From Stegostoma tigrinum (lineage: Eukaryota), in assembly GCF_030684315.1 (NCBI RefSeq), contig NC_081393.1:10489565-10553564 (forward strand): a DNA stretch of 64,000 nucleotides, given 5' to 3'. This document shows positions 38,673-50,488 of this stretch, in pieces. The notes under the pieces are model-generated. The model saw only the letters and a list, made by a program, of their open reading frames with translations. It made no database searches and was not told the origin of the DNA. A program made the position numbers and the translations under genes. The stretch's first letter is position 1. Every line of letters begins with the position of its first letter.

Positions 38673-40237
38673 CTTGGAGTGCAGCATTGATGTATTCTTT
38701 ATTTTGTCATGTGACCTATTTATTTCCTGTGATGTTTTAACTCTTGGAAACTGGTATTTGAACAAAGCAAGCATTTGTGATTCTGCTTGTGATTATTTTG
38801 AGGTCTTTGATCCTGAGTTGCATTTGGAGCACCTGTCTTGGCAGAATCTGCTGGTAATGCAGGCCTCTGAGCAAGGCGGTCTTGCATCTTGGTTCCAGCC
38901 ATGGGTTTGTGAATATTTTGGAGAGGCTCTCTTGTGAACTATTGATTCATTGCCATCGTGTTTTAAAGTATGGTAAAGGTGCTGAACTAGTTGCCTATCT
39001 GTCATAGGCAACTTAGGACTATTAATTGATAATTCATATATATCTTCTGTTAAGTAATGTGTTAATTAGATCCCAGTTGATAATATCCAGTGAACAACAG
39101 AAGCAATTAATTATTTTGCAACTTAACATTCTCACATGAAAAATTTGATTTCTTTGCAATGGTGTGAAGAAATGAATTCTTCACTCCTGTTGATTACTTT
39201 GGTTGTTGCTCAGACTACTTTATTGACCTTTGAGGGTGGGATAGATGTTCATTTCACATAGAAGAAACATTTTAGTTTCTTCTGTTCACTTACTTGCCCA
39301 TAACAGTAAATGACTTGTTCTCTGATAAGTATATCTTGTAGCAGAGATGAGGCAGCTGCTGACTTCAGACAGAATGTCTTTTGGGAATTGAACTATACTT
39401 CTCAATTTGCACCTAACAAGATTTATGGAATGCTTCATCTGGTATACCTCTTAGACACCACAGATAGTTGCTGTACTGTACCTGCTACAATTATTAAGGG
39501 CCGCCAGCATTTGCAGTTAGTATTTTTGCATTTTGCCCGAAGCCTGATTCTTGAAGCAAGTGATAAGACCAAAAGTAGAACAGACTTGTCAGCACTTACT
39601 ATTTGCATTTTTTGTGTGATCCCTTTGAACTTACGGTGGTTTACATATTTAATTATCTCTGTTGAAGAGAGGTGATCTGGCAATCTGGTTCCATCCTTTC
39701 TTTGTCAGGATCTGGTCTGAGGTTCTGCTGTGTTTGGACTTGGATGGAGATGGATCAAGGTACTTGGAGCATAGTGTGGTCTTTACCAATATATGTAACT
39801 GAATGTATTGGTAAATAGCTTGGAAAATACAGGCTTTTTGTATAGCATTCTGCATGAAACTGGAAGCACTTTTTAAAAATTTGTGTGCAATGTGAGGACA
39901 GTTGCCTTTCCATGCTGTCTCGATCAATGACTTTTGTTTTCAATTGAGATTTTCCTTGTGCTCAGACTGCCTCAATATTGCTGTGGACTTGTGGTCCTTT
40001 CAGTTAGAGCCCTTGTGAGTGCATCAGAGACTAATTCTGATTGTATCTAACTGTGTTTCATGCAGATTTTTTGCATTTATTCTGCGTTGACTTTCATGAG
40101 ATGTACACATTTAGTTGCTCAGTGTTATTATAAGTTTACTTTCATGTTATGTTCCATGCATTCCATAAATTCTGATGTGTATAAGGATCATTTGCTTTGA
40201 AACTCAAAATACTAAAACATCTTAAATGTCAGCCACA

Positions 40238-40247
40238 AATAAATAAA
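40238..40247 (+). terminator. Probable ATP6V1B2 polyadenylation signal (overlapping AATAAA x2), implying a ~1.6-kb 3'UTR
   Basis: AATAAATAAA with upstream TGTA elements and downstream GT/T-rich sequence; no recognisable repeats between the stop codon and this site. Confidence 0.7.
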
Positions 40248-40489
40248 TGTTAATAGAACAGTGACAATTGTTAGTGTCATTAATATTTTTTTTTCAATAT
40301 CCACATTGTTGAGGCTTGGAAAGCAGCTTTTAATGTTTGAGAAAATCAGCATATTTTACGTAATTAAAAATTTCTGCATTGACAAAGTTTCCGAAAGTTT
40401 TTTGTTTACTTTGAGTGACTGCTTCAAGGTTTATAATCCCTCCATGACACCCTAGTCTATTCTTGCTTCGCTGCTTACTGTTTCTGTCT

Positions 40490-41850
40490 ATGCCCCTGCC
40501 CCCTGACCATGACATCTGGCTGTGCAATCACTGAAAGTATAACACTTGTCCATTCTCCACCTCCCTCACTGTCCAAGGGCTCTAAAAACACTTTTCAAAT
40601 GAAGCAGTTTTTTACCTGTACTTTGTTCAACCTGGTTTATTGTATGTTCTTTTCTGCATATATATGCATTTCTCTTTCCACTTAGCAACTCTTTTGCCTT
40701 TTGCAGTAAACTTTCACACCACCTGTTCTCCTTGCTCCTCCTCCACTTCTGTCAAAGGTATATCTCCTTCACATTGGCAAGACCAAACGTAGATTGGATG
40801 AGCTTTGCAGACCCGCTCTGCTTTGTCTAGAGGAATGACCCTGACCTTCCAGCCATTTCAATAAACTACAGTGCAGCAGGCTCAGAACAATGTTCCAATG
40901 AAGCACAATACATGCTTAAGGAGTAACAACTCATTTTCCACTTAGGCAATTGATAGCCTCAGTATTAAAATCCACAGTTTGAGAACCTGACTTTGTGACA
41001 TCTGTTCTCCATTTTTCTTAGATTCTTTTCCCTTTTCTGAGGAAGGATGCTCTTGTTCTCAGGGGAGTGCAGCAATGGTTTACCGGGCTGGTGGGATTTA
41101 CATATGAGGAGAGATTGACTAGATTAGGATTTTTTTCGCTGAAGTTCAGGCAAATGAGGGGGGAAATCTCAGAGGTTTAAAATTCCAACAGGACTAGACG
41201 GGATAGATGCAGGGAGGATGTTCCCAATGGTGGATTTGTCCAGAACCAAGGGTCACAATCTGAGGATTTGGGGTCAACCATTTCAGATGGAAATGAGACA
41301 TTTCTTTACCCAAAGAATGGTGAGTCTGTGGAATTCATTACCGTAGGAAGTAGTTGATGCCAAAACATTGAATGTATTTAAGAGGTGGCGAGATATAGCA
41401 CTTGGGACAAATGGGATCAAAGGTTCTCGGGAGAAAGCAGGATAAGGCTATTGAGATGGACGAATGGCGAAGCAGGCTCAAATGGCCTCCTCTTGCTCCT
41501 ATCTTCTATGTTTCTATGTCATTTGTGTATCTTGTTGACTTTGTCATAAGCTGAGAACCCACTTCCACCCTTGCAAACACTTTATATGCATTTCTCTTTC
41601 ATTCCAGTTCGCAACTTTGTTGCCTTTTGCAGTAAACCTTCACGCCATCTGTTCTCCTTGCTCGTCCTCCCACCTCTGTAAAAATTATATGAAAAACATC
41701 ATTTTGTGACTGTTCAATTCTGAAGAAGGCACATCAGATTCTAAAGTTAAATGTTGCTTTCTTTTCAGAAATGGAATGGACACATGCTGTCAAACCTACT
41801 GAGAGTTTATCCAGCATTTTCTGTGTTTGTTTTATTTTCAATGTTTGCAT
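40490..41850 (+). mobile_element. Degenerate Penelope-like fragment interrupted by a CR1 3' fragment (~41040-41520)
   Basis: Remnant FTCT..NLVYC...LHIGKTKRRL GIY-YIG motif; CR1 tail ttctatgtttctatg at ~41505-41518. Confidence 0.7.
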
Positions 41851-44199
41851 TCTAAAACCAAAGCAGATTATTTCTTGTTTCCTGGAAAGAGAGATTTTGT
41901 TCGTTACCCTGTATTTCATGTAACATTTTATGGACGCTGTTCATTTACAGGTAGACCAATTTGCTTTTGGTCAACAAATTGAAGCAGCCAACACTGGAAC
42001 ATCACAGTGAACCTTGTCATCAATTGACTTTGAAGCAATCCTGTCATTTAACAGTTCTAGCAATGGATGAAGAATTTTCAGAAATGAAATGGATACACTA
42101 AACAAACTCAAATATTTGCTTTGTACTGAACTTGATAGTTTTTGGAAAAACTGACATGCTGTCAAAGCTTTGTGTCTTGTTCTCACCAGGATAGAACTGC
42201 AAAGATGACCACATTTCAACCAAGGAGCAACAATTTATATTGCTTGAGAACTGTGGTGATTGACTGCAAAGTGGACTCAATGAGACACTAGTTTTGGAGA
42301 AGTCAGTAATGATCCTTGGTCTTTGTTTAAATTGCTACGATGCAACCCTGGTCAACGTATTGCCATGGGGATTCCCCACTAGTTAATTTATGTTTCTTTT
42401 CTTTGAAATTTGGTATTGCAATTCAATCCTGATGAGTCAAGAGTAAAGGCATCGAAATGTCGCTTTTTACAGCAATTCACTGCAATTTTGCCTCTTAGAT
42501 TTAATGCAAGTTGGTCACGTGTTTGTTGCACTATACTTGAATACGAAAGAGAATCATGAAGAATTCTAAACTCTTGAATCTGAATAATGTCAATTATTAT
42601 GAAAAATGTCACTTAGCACATTCTAATTCAGGAGACCTGACAAAAAACTATAATCATCAACAAATATTTTGTGTTAATTGAGCATGTTGTAACTCTGCAG
42701 GAAGGAAATACTCAATGATTTCCATACACCAGACTAATGCCAACAATCTAAAAATCACAATTACCACTTGAAGCAAATCACACAGAAGTCATCTGCCTGG
42801 GGCGAAGTTGTAATTTCTAGCTACAGATTTTCCATGTGTTTGTGACCCTTTCAACAAAAGCCAAAAGATGAGTTCGATTAATATGCATCAAGACCAATTT
42901 TTAGCCATGTGTTCAACTTTCACAGGATCAGGGTAGCACCAAATATTCCCCAGAAGGCCATGCAATCCAAGAATCAACTTGTTGAAAGGAGACAAATCAA
43001 TCTTTGTGGTAATCCACATCTCAAGCATCCTTTACCTGCAGAGCAACACTTATACAACTTATGGCTCAAGCATAACTGCCCTTTGCAAAAGAAATTGTTC
43101 AGGAGATGAAGGATTAAGTTCTTGAAGATGACAAACAGTATACAAGCAGTGAGGTCATCTGGCCTTGATTAAATCTTGTCATCTGGATTGTGAACTGGCA
43201 CCGTCCTTGATTTCTTGTTAACTCTGACAGGTCCAAAAGTAGTTTGAAGGAAATATGATTTAATATTTGAAACATTTCATGAGAATATGAGCTGTGCCCT
43301 TGGGATTTGGAAGGAGAAATTTCATATGTGGCACAGTTCCAAATTCAAATACAATTCTAGCTTTTTGCTGTTCTGCAAGACTGAAAATAGTTGTAATTTT
43401 GGCACCGATCTTTTCAGAATGTCATCATACTTTAATTTGGATCGATGTAAAATTTGATTTTGCACATGTTCAACACTGAATGATTGAAGCCTGAAGTCGA
43501 ATCCTACTCCTCCCCAATATAAAATATCATGCAGATTAAAATAAATTTGAGTAGCTTCAGTAAAATTGTGCTCAGACACAATTTGAAGATGTCATTAGTA
43601 TGTTCAAGTTATTTCATGTTTAATTATCCATCTCAGCAAAGCCAAAAAAGCTTGCATTCATTCAGCATTTATTGTGAACCCAAGGTCTGCTGAAGTACTT
43701 TACAGTCAGGTACAAACCAGTTTTGACAAAGAACAATTTGATCTTGATCATATCTGCTCAGTTAGTTTGGTCACTTCCTCACACTTCAATAGGGCGACAG
43801 AGGAACTTAGCATCTCTTCATATGTTTTACAGGAAAGCTGCACCCTTAGTGCTGCACCATGGAGCCAAACTTCAGATTTGTGCTATCTTTTCTCAAGTCG
43901 TAATGCAAACCCACAGCGTTCAAACTCTAAGGTGGAGAGTACATCAACTGAGGCCTCTTTTATGTCACCTTTTTATTTACCTCAACCCCTTGCTGTTCTT
44001 TCCTGACTGATTGAGGGTGGATATCTTTCTGACTAATTTTATACTACTGAACCATTAAGACATCACCTTTTTGAAAAAAAGCATGATTGTGGCAGTGGAC
44101 CAACTTGTGTAAACGCCTGTCAATTTTCCTATAACAGATTGTCCAGCATCGGCAGTTCCTACCATCTCTATTTTCCTGCCTGTTGTCATCTTCCACGTC

Positions 44200-44760
44200 G
44201 GCTCTCTCTGTGTGGCCGATGTTGGGTTTCTCCGGAGGACCAGTCAATGTGTTTTGGGCTGTCTGGTGATGGTGACTGAGAGCTGGCAGCAGCACCGCAT
44301 GCTGAAGGCTGACTGTGCGCGTTGTGGATGCTGGAAACAACCTCCACGGTGGGCAAGGAAGCTGCTCCTGCCAGGGCTCTGTGCCGATCCCTGGTTTGCG
44401 GAAGTAGGCTCGGTTACTAGGGGCAGGCCCCGTCTCCATGGTGACGGGCGGCTGAAAAGGTTCTGAAGAACCAAAAGGAGCAAGAAATGCGTCCGTGAGG
44501 GGGAGACGGGGCAAGAGGGCGACATACCTAACAGATCCATTGCAGACCCCATCAAGGACACAGTTTGGGACAAATAAATCCGAGAGACAAGATCGGGGAG
44601 GGGAGTAACAGGGCGGGATTTAAAAAAAAACCTGCTGAAGGAGCTACCGCGGCAGTTGTGAACTGGTGAATCTTCAGAGCTGAGACCCTCCACCCCAAAC
44701 ATTGGCATAAATGCCGAGTAACAGAACCAGAATTGAACACAGTAGGATGCAGAAGGTAAA
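44200..44760 (+). promoter_or_regulatory. CpG-enriched promoter or first-exon-like region with an RFX X-box-like palindrome
   Basis: CpG enrichment relative to flanks; CCCGTCTCCATGGTGACGGG at 44429-44448; half-site GTTACTAGG at 44413; GGGCGG boxes. Confidence 0.55.
44711..44755 (+). CDS. Candidate first coding exon MPSNRTRIEHSRMQK of a downstream gene (possibly dematin)
   Basis: In-frame TAA directly before ATG 44711, second in-frame ATG at 44747, donor AAG|gtaaat at phase 0. No next exon recognised in the window. Confidence 0.4.
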
Positions 44761-45989
44761 TCCGGCCCTTTCTAATGAGCTGGCGCAGCATAAGAGTAAA
44801 TATTACTTTTTTCCAAAACGAGTTAACTTATTTTTTGTTTGTTTAATTTGGCATTGACTTATACCTTTTTTTTGCCAAGGAGCTAGAAATGAAAATGGTT
44901 CTCTTGAGTTGAAACTTACAATGCTTTTTATATTTCTTTGTTTTCCGGGAAGTTGAATTGTTATGTATGTTGTTTGAATGGGCATCTAAAACCTTCCTGC
45001 TTGTAGAAAGCGAGGTTGTAAAGGGAAATGGAATGATGGTTTTCTTAAACCTAAGTTCGTTTTCATAAGTTAAATTCCAACACTATAGTTGGAATAACAT
45101 CGCCCTCAGTAGGACAGTTCTTGCAGTTGTTGTGCGAATATATATTTAAAGACCACCATTGTAAGTGCAGGATGTTAAAAATCTGAATGTCGTCTCTCTG
45201 AAGCTCCTTAATACGTTGCTCCATCTTTACCGTTTTGTTTAAATAGTCATGCTTTGAGTTTGAGAATTTCCAATCAGTTCATTTTGTCTTGCCCAATTTG
45301 TTCCAGAAAAACACTGAAGTTTTGAAATGGTTTGTTTTTGAATAAGTAGTGGATCTACTGTTTAAAAAAAAGCACTGCATGAGATTAAGTTGCTTCTTAA
45401 AATTTCTGTTCTCTCATCTGGTGCAGAAAATTGGTGCATTTACTGGTGCATCTACTTTTGGCACCATATGTGTGTTTCATTCTTTATGTTTTATCGCAGT
45501 AAGAGCAGGGGCTTAATAATATGAAATTCCATGTTGTAGATGTTTGTGATTTACGTCTCTTTACCATCATAGCATTTAATTGTTGTGGCCACTGCCAAAA
45601 CTGAGCCGGTTTACATTTGAAGTCAGAAGAATTCTTTTAACAATCCATCTTTTGTAACTAAATGCAGTTCTGTGAAGATAAATCTGAAGATATATATTTT
45701 GAACTCTGAAAGCAGTGCAAACAGCCTCTTTATGTCAACTCCAACAAGCCCTTGCAGAACTTTTTTCATTTATGGGATGTTGTCATCACTGGGAGGGCCA
45801 TTCCATAATTGCCCCTGAGAGGTGGCAAGTCAACCTGTTGAACCACTGTAATCCATGAAATGCAGGTAGTCCCTGTCAAGGAGTGAGTTTCAGGCTCTCA
45901 ACTCACTGACAATGAAGGAACATATATTGGGGTACATTTCCAAGTCTGGACATAGTGCAACTTGATAGATATAGTTGCTGTTTACGCAG

Positions 45990-48650
45990 CTCTTCTCTGA
46001 CCAGACGGTGAAAGTACTCCTCAATGTTGAACAACACTTAGAGGAATAACTGAGGACGGCAAGGGCATAAAATGTACTCTGGTTGGGGGATTTCAATGTC
46101 CACCATCAAGAGTGGCTCAGCAGCAGTACTACTGATCGAGCTGGTTGGGTCCTAACGGGCATAGCTGCTAGACTGGGTCTGTGGCACGTGGTAAGGGAAC
46201 CAACTACAGGGAAGAGTATACTTGATCTCATCCTTACTAATCTGCCAGCTGCAGTTGCATCTGTCCATGACAGTATTGGTAAGAGTGACCATCACACAGT
46301 TGTTTTGGAGTCGAAGTCCTGCCTTCATGTTGAGAATAACTTCCATCGTATTGTGTGACACTATCACCGTGCTAAATGGGACAGGCTTCGCTCAAGACTG
46401 TGCATTCATGAGGCACTGTGGGCCATCAACAGCAGAATTGTACTTCAGCATAATCTGTAACCTCATGGCCCAGCATATCCCCCACTCAACCATTACCATC
46501 AAGCCAGGGAATCAACCCTTGTTCAATAGAGAGCGCAGGAGGGCATGCCAGGAGCAGGACCAGGCATGCCTGAAGATGAGGTATCAACCTGGTGAAGCCA
46601 CCAAACAGGACTACTTGCACACCAAACAGCAAAAGCAGCGAGTGATAAACAGAGCTAAGTGTTTCCACAACCAATGAATCATATCTAAGCTCCGCAGTCC
46701 TGCCACATCCTGAATGGCGGTGGACAGTTTAACAACTCGCTGGAGGAGGGGGCTCCACAAATATTCCCATACTCAATGATGGAAAAGCCCAGCACATCAG
46801 TGCAAAGGATAAGGCTGAAGTGTCCGCAGCCATCTTCAGCCAGAAGTGCCGAGTGGATAATCCATCTTGGCCTCCTCCAGTAGTCCCTAACTTTACAGAT
46901 ACCAGTCTTTAGCCAATTTGATTCACTCCCTGTGATGTCAAGAAACGGTAGGCGACACTGGATACTGCAATATCTATGAGTCCTGACAACATTCCGGCAA
47001 TAGTACTGAAGACTTGTCCTCCAGAACTTGCCGTTCCCTGAGCCAAGCTGTTCCAGGACAGTTACAACACTGGTATCAACCCAACAATGTGGAAAACTGC
47101 CCAAGTATGTCCCATACATAGACAGCAGGATAAATCCAACTCGGCCAATTACTGCCCCATTAGTCTACTTGCAATCATCAGTAAAGTGATGGAAGATGTC
47201 ATCAACAGTGCTAGCAAGCAGCACCTGCTCAGAGACAACAAGGTGTAGAGTTGGATGAACACAGCAGGCCAAGCTAGGTCTTGGCCTGAAACGTCAACCT
47301 TCCTGCTCCTCTGATGCTGCTTGGCCTGCTGTGTTCATCCAGCTCTACACCTTGTTATCTCAGATTCTTCAGCATCTGCAGTTCCTACTATCCCTGCTCA
47401 GAGATGCCCAGATTGGTTTCCACCAAGGCAACACAGCTCCTGACCTCATTACAGCCTTAGTTCAAACATAGTCAAAAGAGCTGAATTCCAGAGGTGAGGT
47501 GAGAGTGACAACCCTTGCTATCAAGGCTGCATTCAACTGATTGTGGCATTAAGGAGCCCTCACAAAACTGGTATCCAGGGGTGTCAGGGGACAAACTCTC
47601 TGGTGGTTGGATTCATACCTGACACATGGGAAGATGGTTGTGGTTGTTGGAGGTCAATCATCTTGGCTCCAGGGCATCTCTGCAGGAGTTCCTCAGGGTA
47701 GTGTCCTCGACCTAATCATTTTCAGCTGCTTCATCAATGACCTTCGCTCCATCATTAGGTCAGAAGTGGGGATGTTCACCGGTCATTGCACAATGTTCAG
47801 CACCACTCGTGACTCCTTAGATACTGAAGCAGTCCGTGTTCAAAAGCAGCAAGATCTGGACAGTATCCAGGCTTGTGCTGACATGTGGCTAGTGACATTC
47901 GCGCCACCCAAATGCCAGGCTTTGACCATCACCAATAAGAGAGAATCTAGCCACCACCCCTTGATATTCAATGGTGTTACCATCACCGAATATCCCACTG
48001 TCAATATCCTGTGGAGGTTATCATTGACCAGAAACTCAACTGGACTCACCATGCAATCACAGTGGCTACTAGAAGAGGCAAGAAGCTAGGAATACTGCAG
48101 CGAGTATTTCACCTGCTGACTCTTCAAACACTGTCCTCATCTACAAAGCACAAATCCACTTGCCTGGGATGGGTGCAGCCCCAACAACACTCAAGAAGCT
48201 TAACACCATCCAGGATAAAGCAGCCCGATTAATTGGCACTATATCCATAAGCATCCAGTCACTCCACCATCAACGTTCAGTAGCAGCAATGTGTACTATC
48301 TACAAGCTTCACTACGGAAATTCACCCAAGGACCTCAGACAGCACCTTCTAAACTCATGACCACTTCTATCTAGAAGGGCAAGAGCAGCAGACATATGAG
48401 AACACCACCATCTCAAAGTTCCCCTCCAAGTCACTCACCATCCTAACTTGGAAATATATCGTCGTTCCTTCACTGTTGCTAGGTTGAAATCCTAGAATTC
48501 CCTCCCTTATAGCATGGTGGATCAACCTACAGCAGGAGGACTGCAATGGTTTAAGGAGGCAGCTCAGCACCACCTTCTCAAGGGCAACTAGGGATGGGCA
48601 AGAAATGCTGGCCAGCGAGTGACGTTCACATCCCACAAATGAATAGAAAA
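45990..48650 (+). mobile_element. CR1-group LINE with APE endonuclease and RT, frameshifted
   Basis: GDFNVHHQEW...ILDLILTN...SDH (APE); GVPQGSVL..IFSCFINDL (RT); tail gggcaactagggatgggcaagaaatgctggccagc. Confidence 0.93.
47236..47392. mobile_element. Short palindromic Penelope-end element inserted in the LINE
   Basis: Arm acaaggtgtagagttggatgaacacagcaggccaagc is inverted relative to gcttggcctgctgtgttcatccagctctacaccttgt; it interrupts the LINE RT frame. Confidence 0.85.
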
Positions 48651-49319
48651 AAAATTGCCAAATTAGAAGGTCCTTTTGAAGAAACCACAAACCAGAAACA
48701 ACCTACATCTTCTAGGTCGTACACACGGAAAGCATTGCGCATTATTGGTGTTGGAAGTGAATCGTCAATGTGGTGCATGGGATGCAAACAGGCTATTTTA
48801 TCCTGAATGGTTTCATGCTTCTTGAGTGTTGTTGGAACTGCATTCACGAGGCAAGCAAGGGAGTATTGTATCACATAACTGACTTGTTAAAAATAGAAAG
48901 ACTGGAAGGTAATAATTTGCATCAGCCTCTGACACAAGGGCAAAATATTGAGGATGCAGGAAATTGAAAATAAAAATGTTGTGAAAATATCATCATGTCT
49001 GTGAACATCTGGGTGAAGAGAAAATCAGAGTTTTAGATTAATGAACTTTCATCACAATTGGGAAAATTTGGAAATGCAATTTTCAGCGGGGAGAGATTGA
49101 AACAAGAACTACAGAAAAAGCTGGAGGTCAAAGCCAAAGGAAATTAAAATGGACAAGTTTAAAATATAAATTATGTATCCAGTGAGGTTTGAATTGCAGA
49201 ATAATGAACAGCTGCCTTCCAAAACCAAAAGATTAGGGCTGCAAAAAATCCAAGCAAAGGAAATTGGGTTGTGACAGAGATTCTCACATGAAATTTTTGA
49301 ACTCAGTATTGACTCCAGA

Positions 49320-49463
49320 ATCATAGAACCCCTACAGTGTGGAAGCAGGCCATTTGGGTTCACACTGACCCACTGAAGAGTAACCCACCCAGGCACATCC
49401 CCCCACCCTATCTGTGTAATCCTGTATCTCTCATGGCTAACCCACCTTGCCTGTGTATCCCTG
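49320..49463 (-). mobile_element. HE1-like SINE 3' fragment
   Basis: catagaacccctacagtgtggaagcaggcc... Confidence 0.75.
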
Positions 49464-49798
49464 TCATGGACAGATTCATATGCAGCCAGCAGGATGTAAA
49501 GTGCCACATCAAAAGATATGTTTTTCAAGCTTGCATTGAGCTTAATTGGAACACTGTGGTAAGCCAAGACAGGACATAACCATGTGCAAGCAAGTTGAAG
49601 AATTGAAATAGCAAGCTACCCAAAGCTCAGGGTTGTGATTGCAGTCTGAACAGAGGTATTCTGCAAGGAGATTACTCAATCTGCATATTTTTCTCCACAG
49701 TTTGGAACTAACCACATTATAAGCAGAAAATACAATGGCTGAATTGAAACAAATGTATTTAAAGTTTTGGCAAAGATCTGTAGCTCTGTTTGTGGATG

Positions 49799-50330
49799 AG
49801 GTTGTTGCCTTGGTCACCAAGCTGGCTTGTTCTCATTTGGATGTTTTGTCATCGTGGGTAACATCGTCAGTGGATGATGTTATTCTACTCCACTAGGAAT
49901 TTATACTGTATGTCCGTTATTGTGAGTCACGTCATTTCCAGATTTGATCTGTATGGGTTTGGGTGGAGAACCATGCCTCTAGGAATTCCTGTGCATGTCC
50001 AAGTTTGACTTGTGTTACTATGGTTACTTTGTCCCAGTTGATGGCCTTCATTGCCTGAATGGACCAATATTCAGGAGTGTCTGTCATGCCATTTTGCGGT
50101 TCTCCACCTGTGATGCAGTCAACAAGCATATAGAATTGGACCCCATATACAAACCCATACAGATCAAAACCAGAAATGACATTAATCACTATAACAGACC
50201 CGACAGTATAAATTTCAAGTGGAGTAGAATAACACCGCTTCATCAGAGGCTCCACTGGTGAAGTCACCTAGCATGGTGACAAAACGTCTGAATGAGAACA
50301 AGCCAGCTCAATGAGCAAGTCAACAACCTG
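49799..50330. mobile_element. Second Penelope-like family: two 3' ends in inverted orientation
   Basis: Minus peptide INWDKVTIVTQVKLGHAQEFLEAWFST; plus peptide FST..VNKHIELDPIYKPI. 49799-49972 is an inverted copy of 50098-50330. Confidence 0.75.
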
Positions 50331-50488
50331 AAACAAATATATTCAAGTTACTGTGTCACTTGGAAGCAGTGTTTGGAACATTGCACAGTTGGAGAGATGA
50401 AGTGAAAGAGCAGGTGTTGTCTTTTCTCATGCTGCATGGAGACATGTAGGAAGTGGATGAGACGTTGTGATGATAGAAGAATGAACTA

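Noticed and set aside
44044-44708. Overlapping ORFs of 156, 84 and 154 aa in the second CpG-rich region
   Set aside because: Consistent with GC-rich, stop-poor promoter or 5'UTR sequence; no recognisable protein motif.
47224-47404. 12-bp cctgctcagaga repeat as a firm TSD
   Set aside because: As I recall, this LINE family natively repeats cctgctcag here (HLLSNNLLSDAQFGF), so the repeat may predate the insertion.
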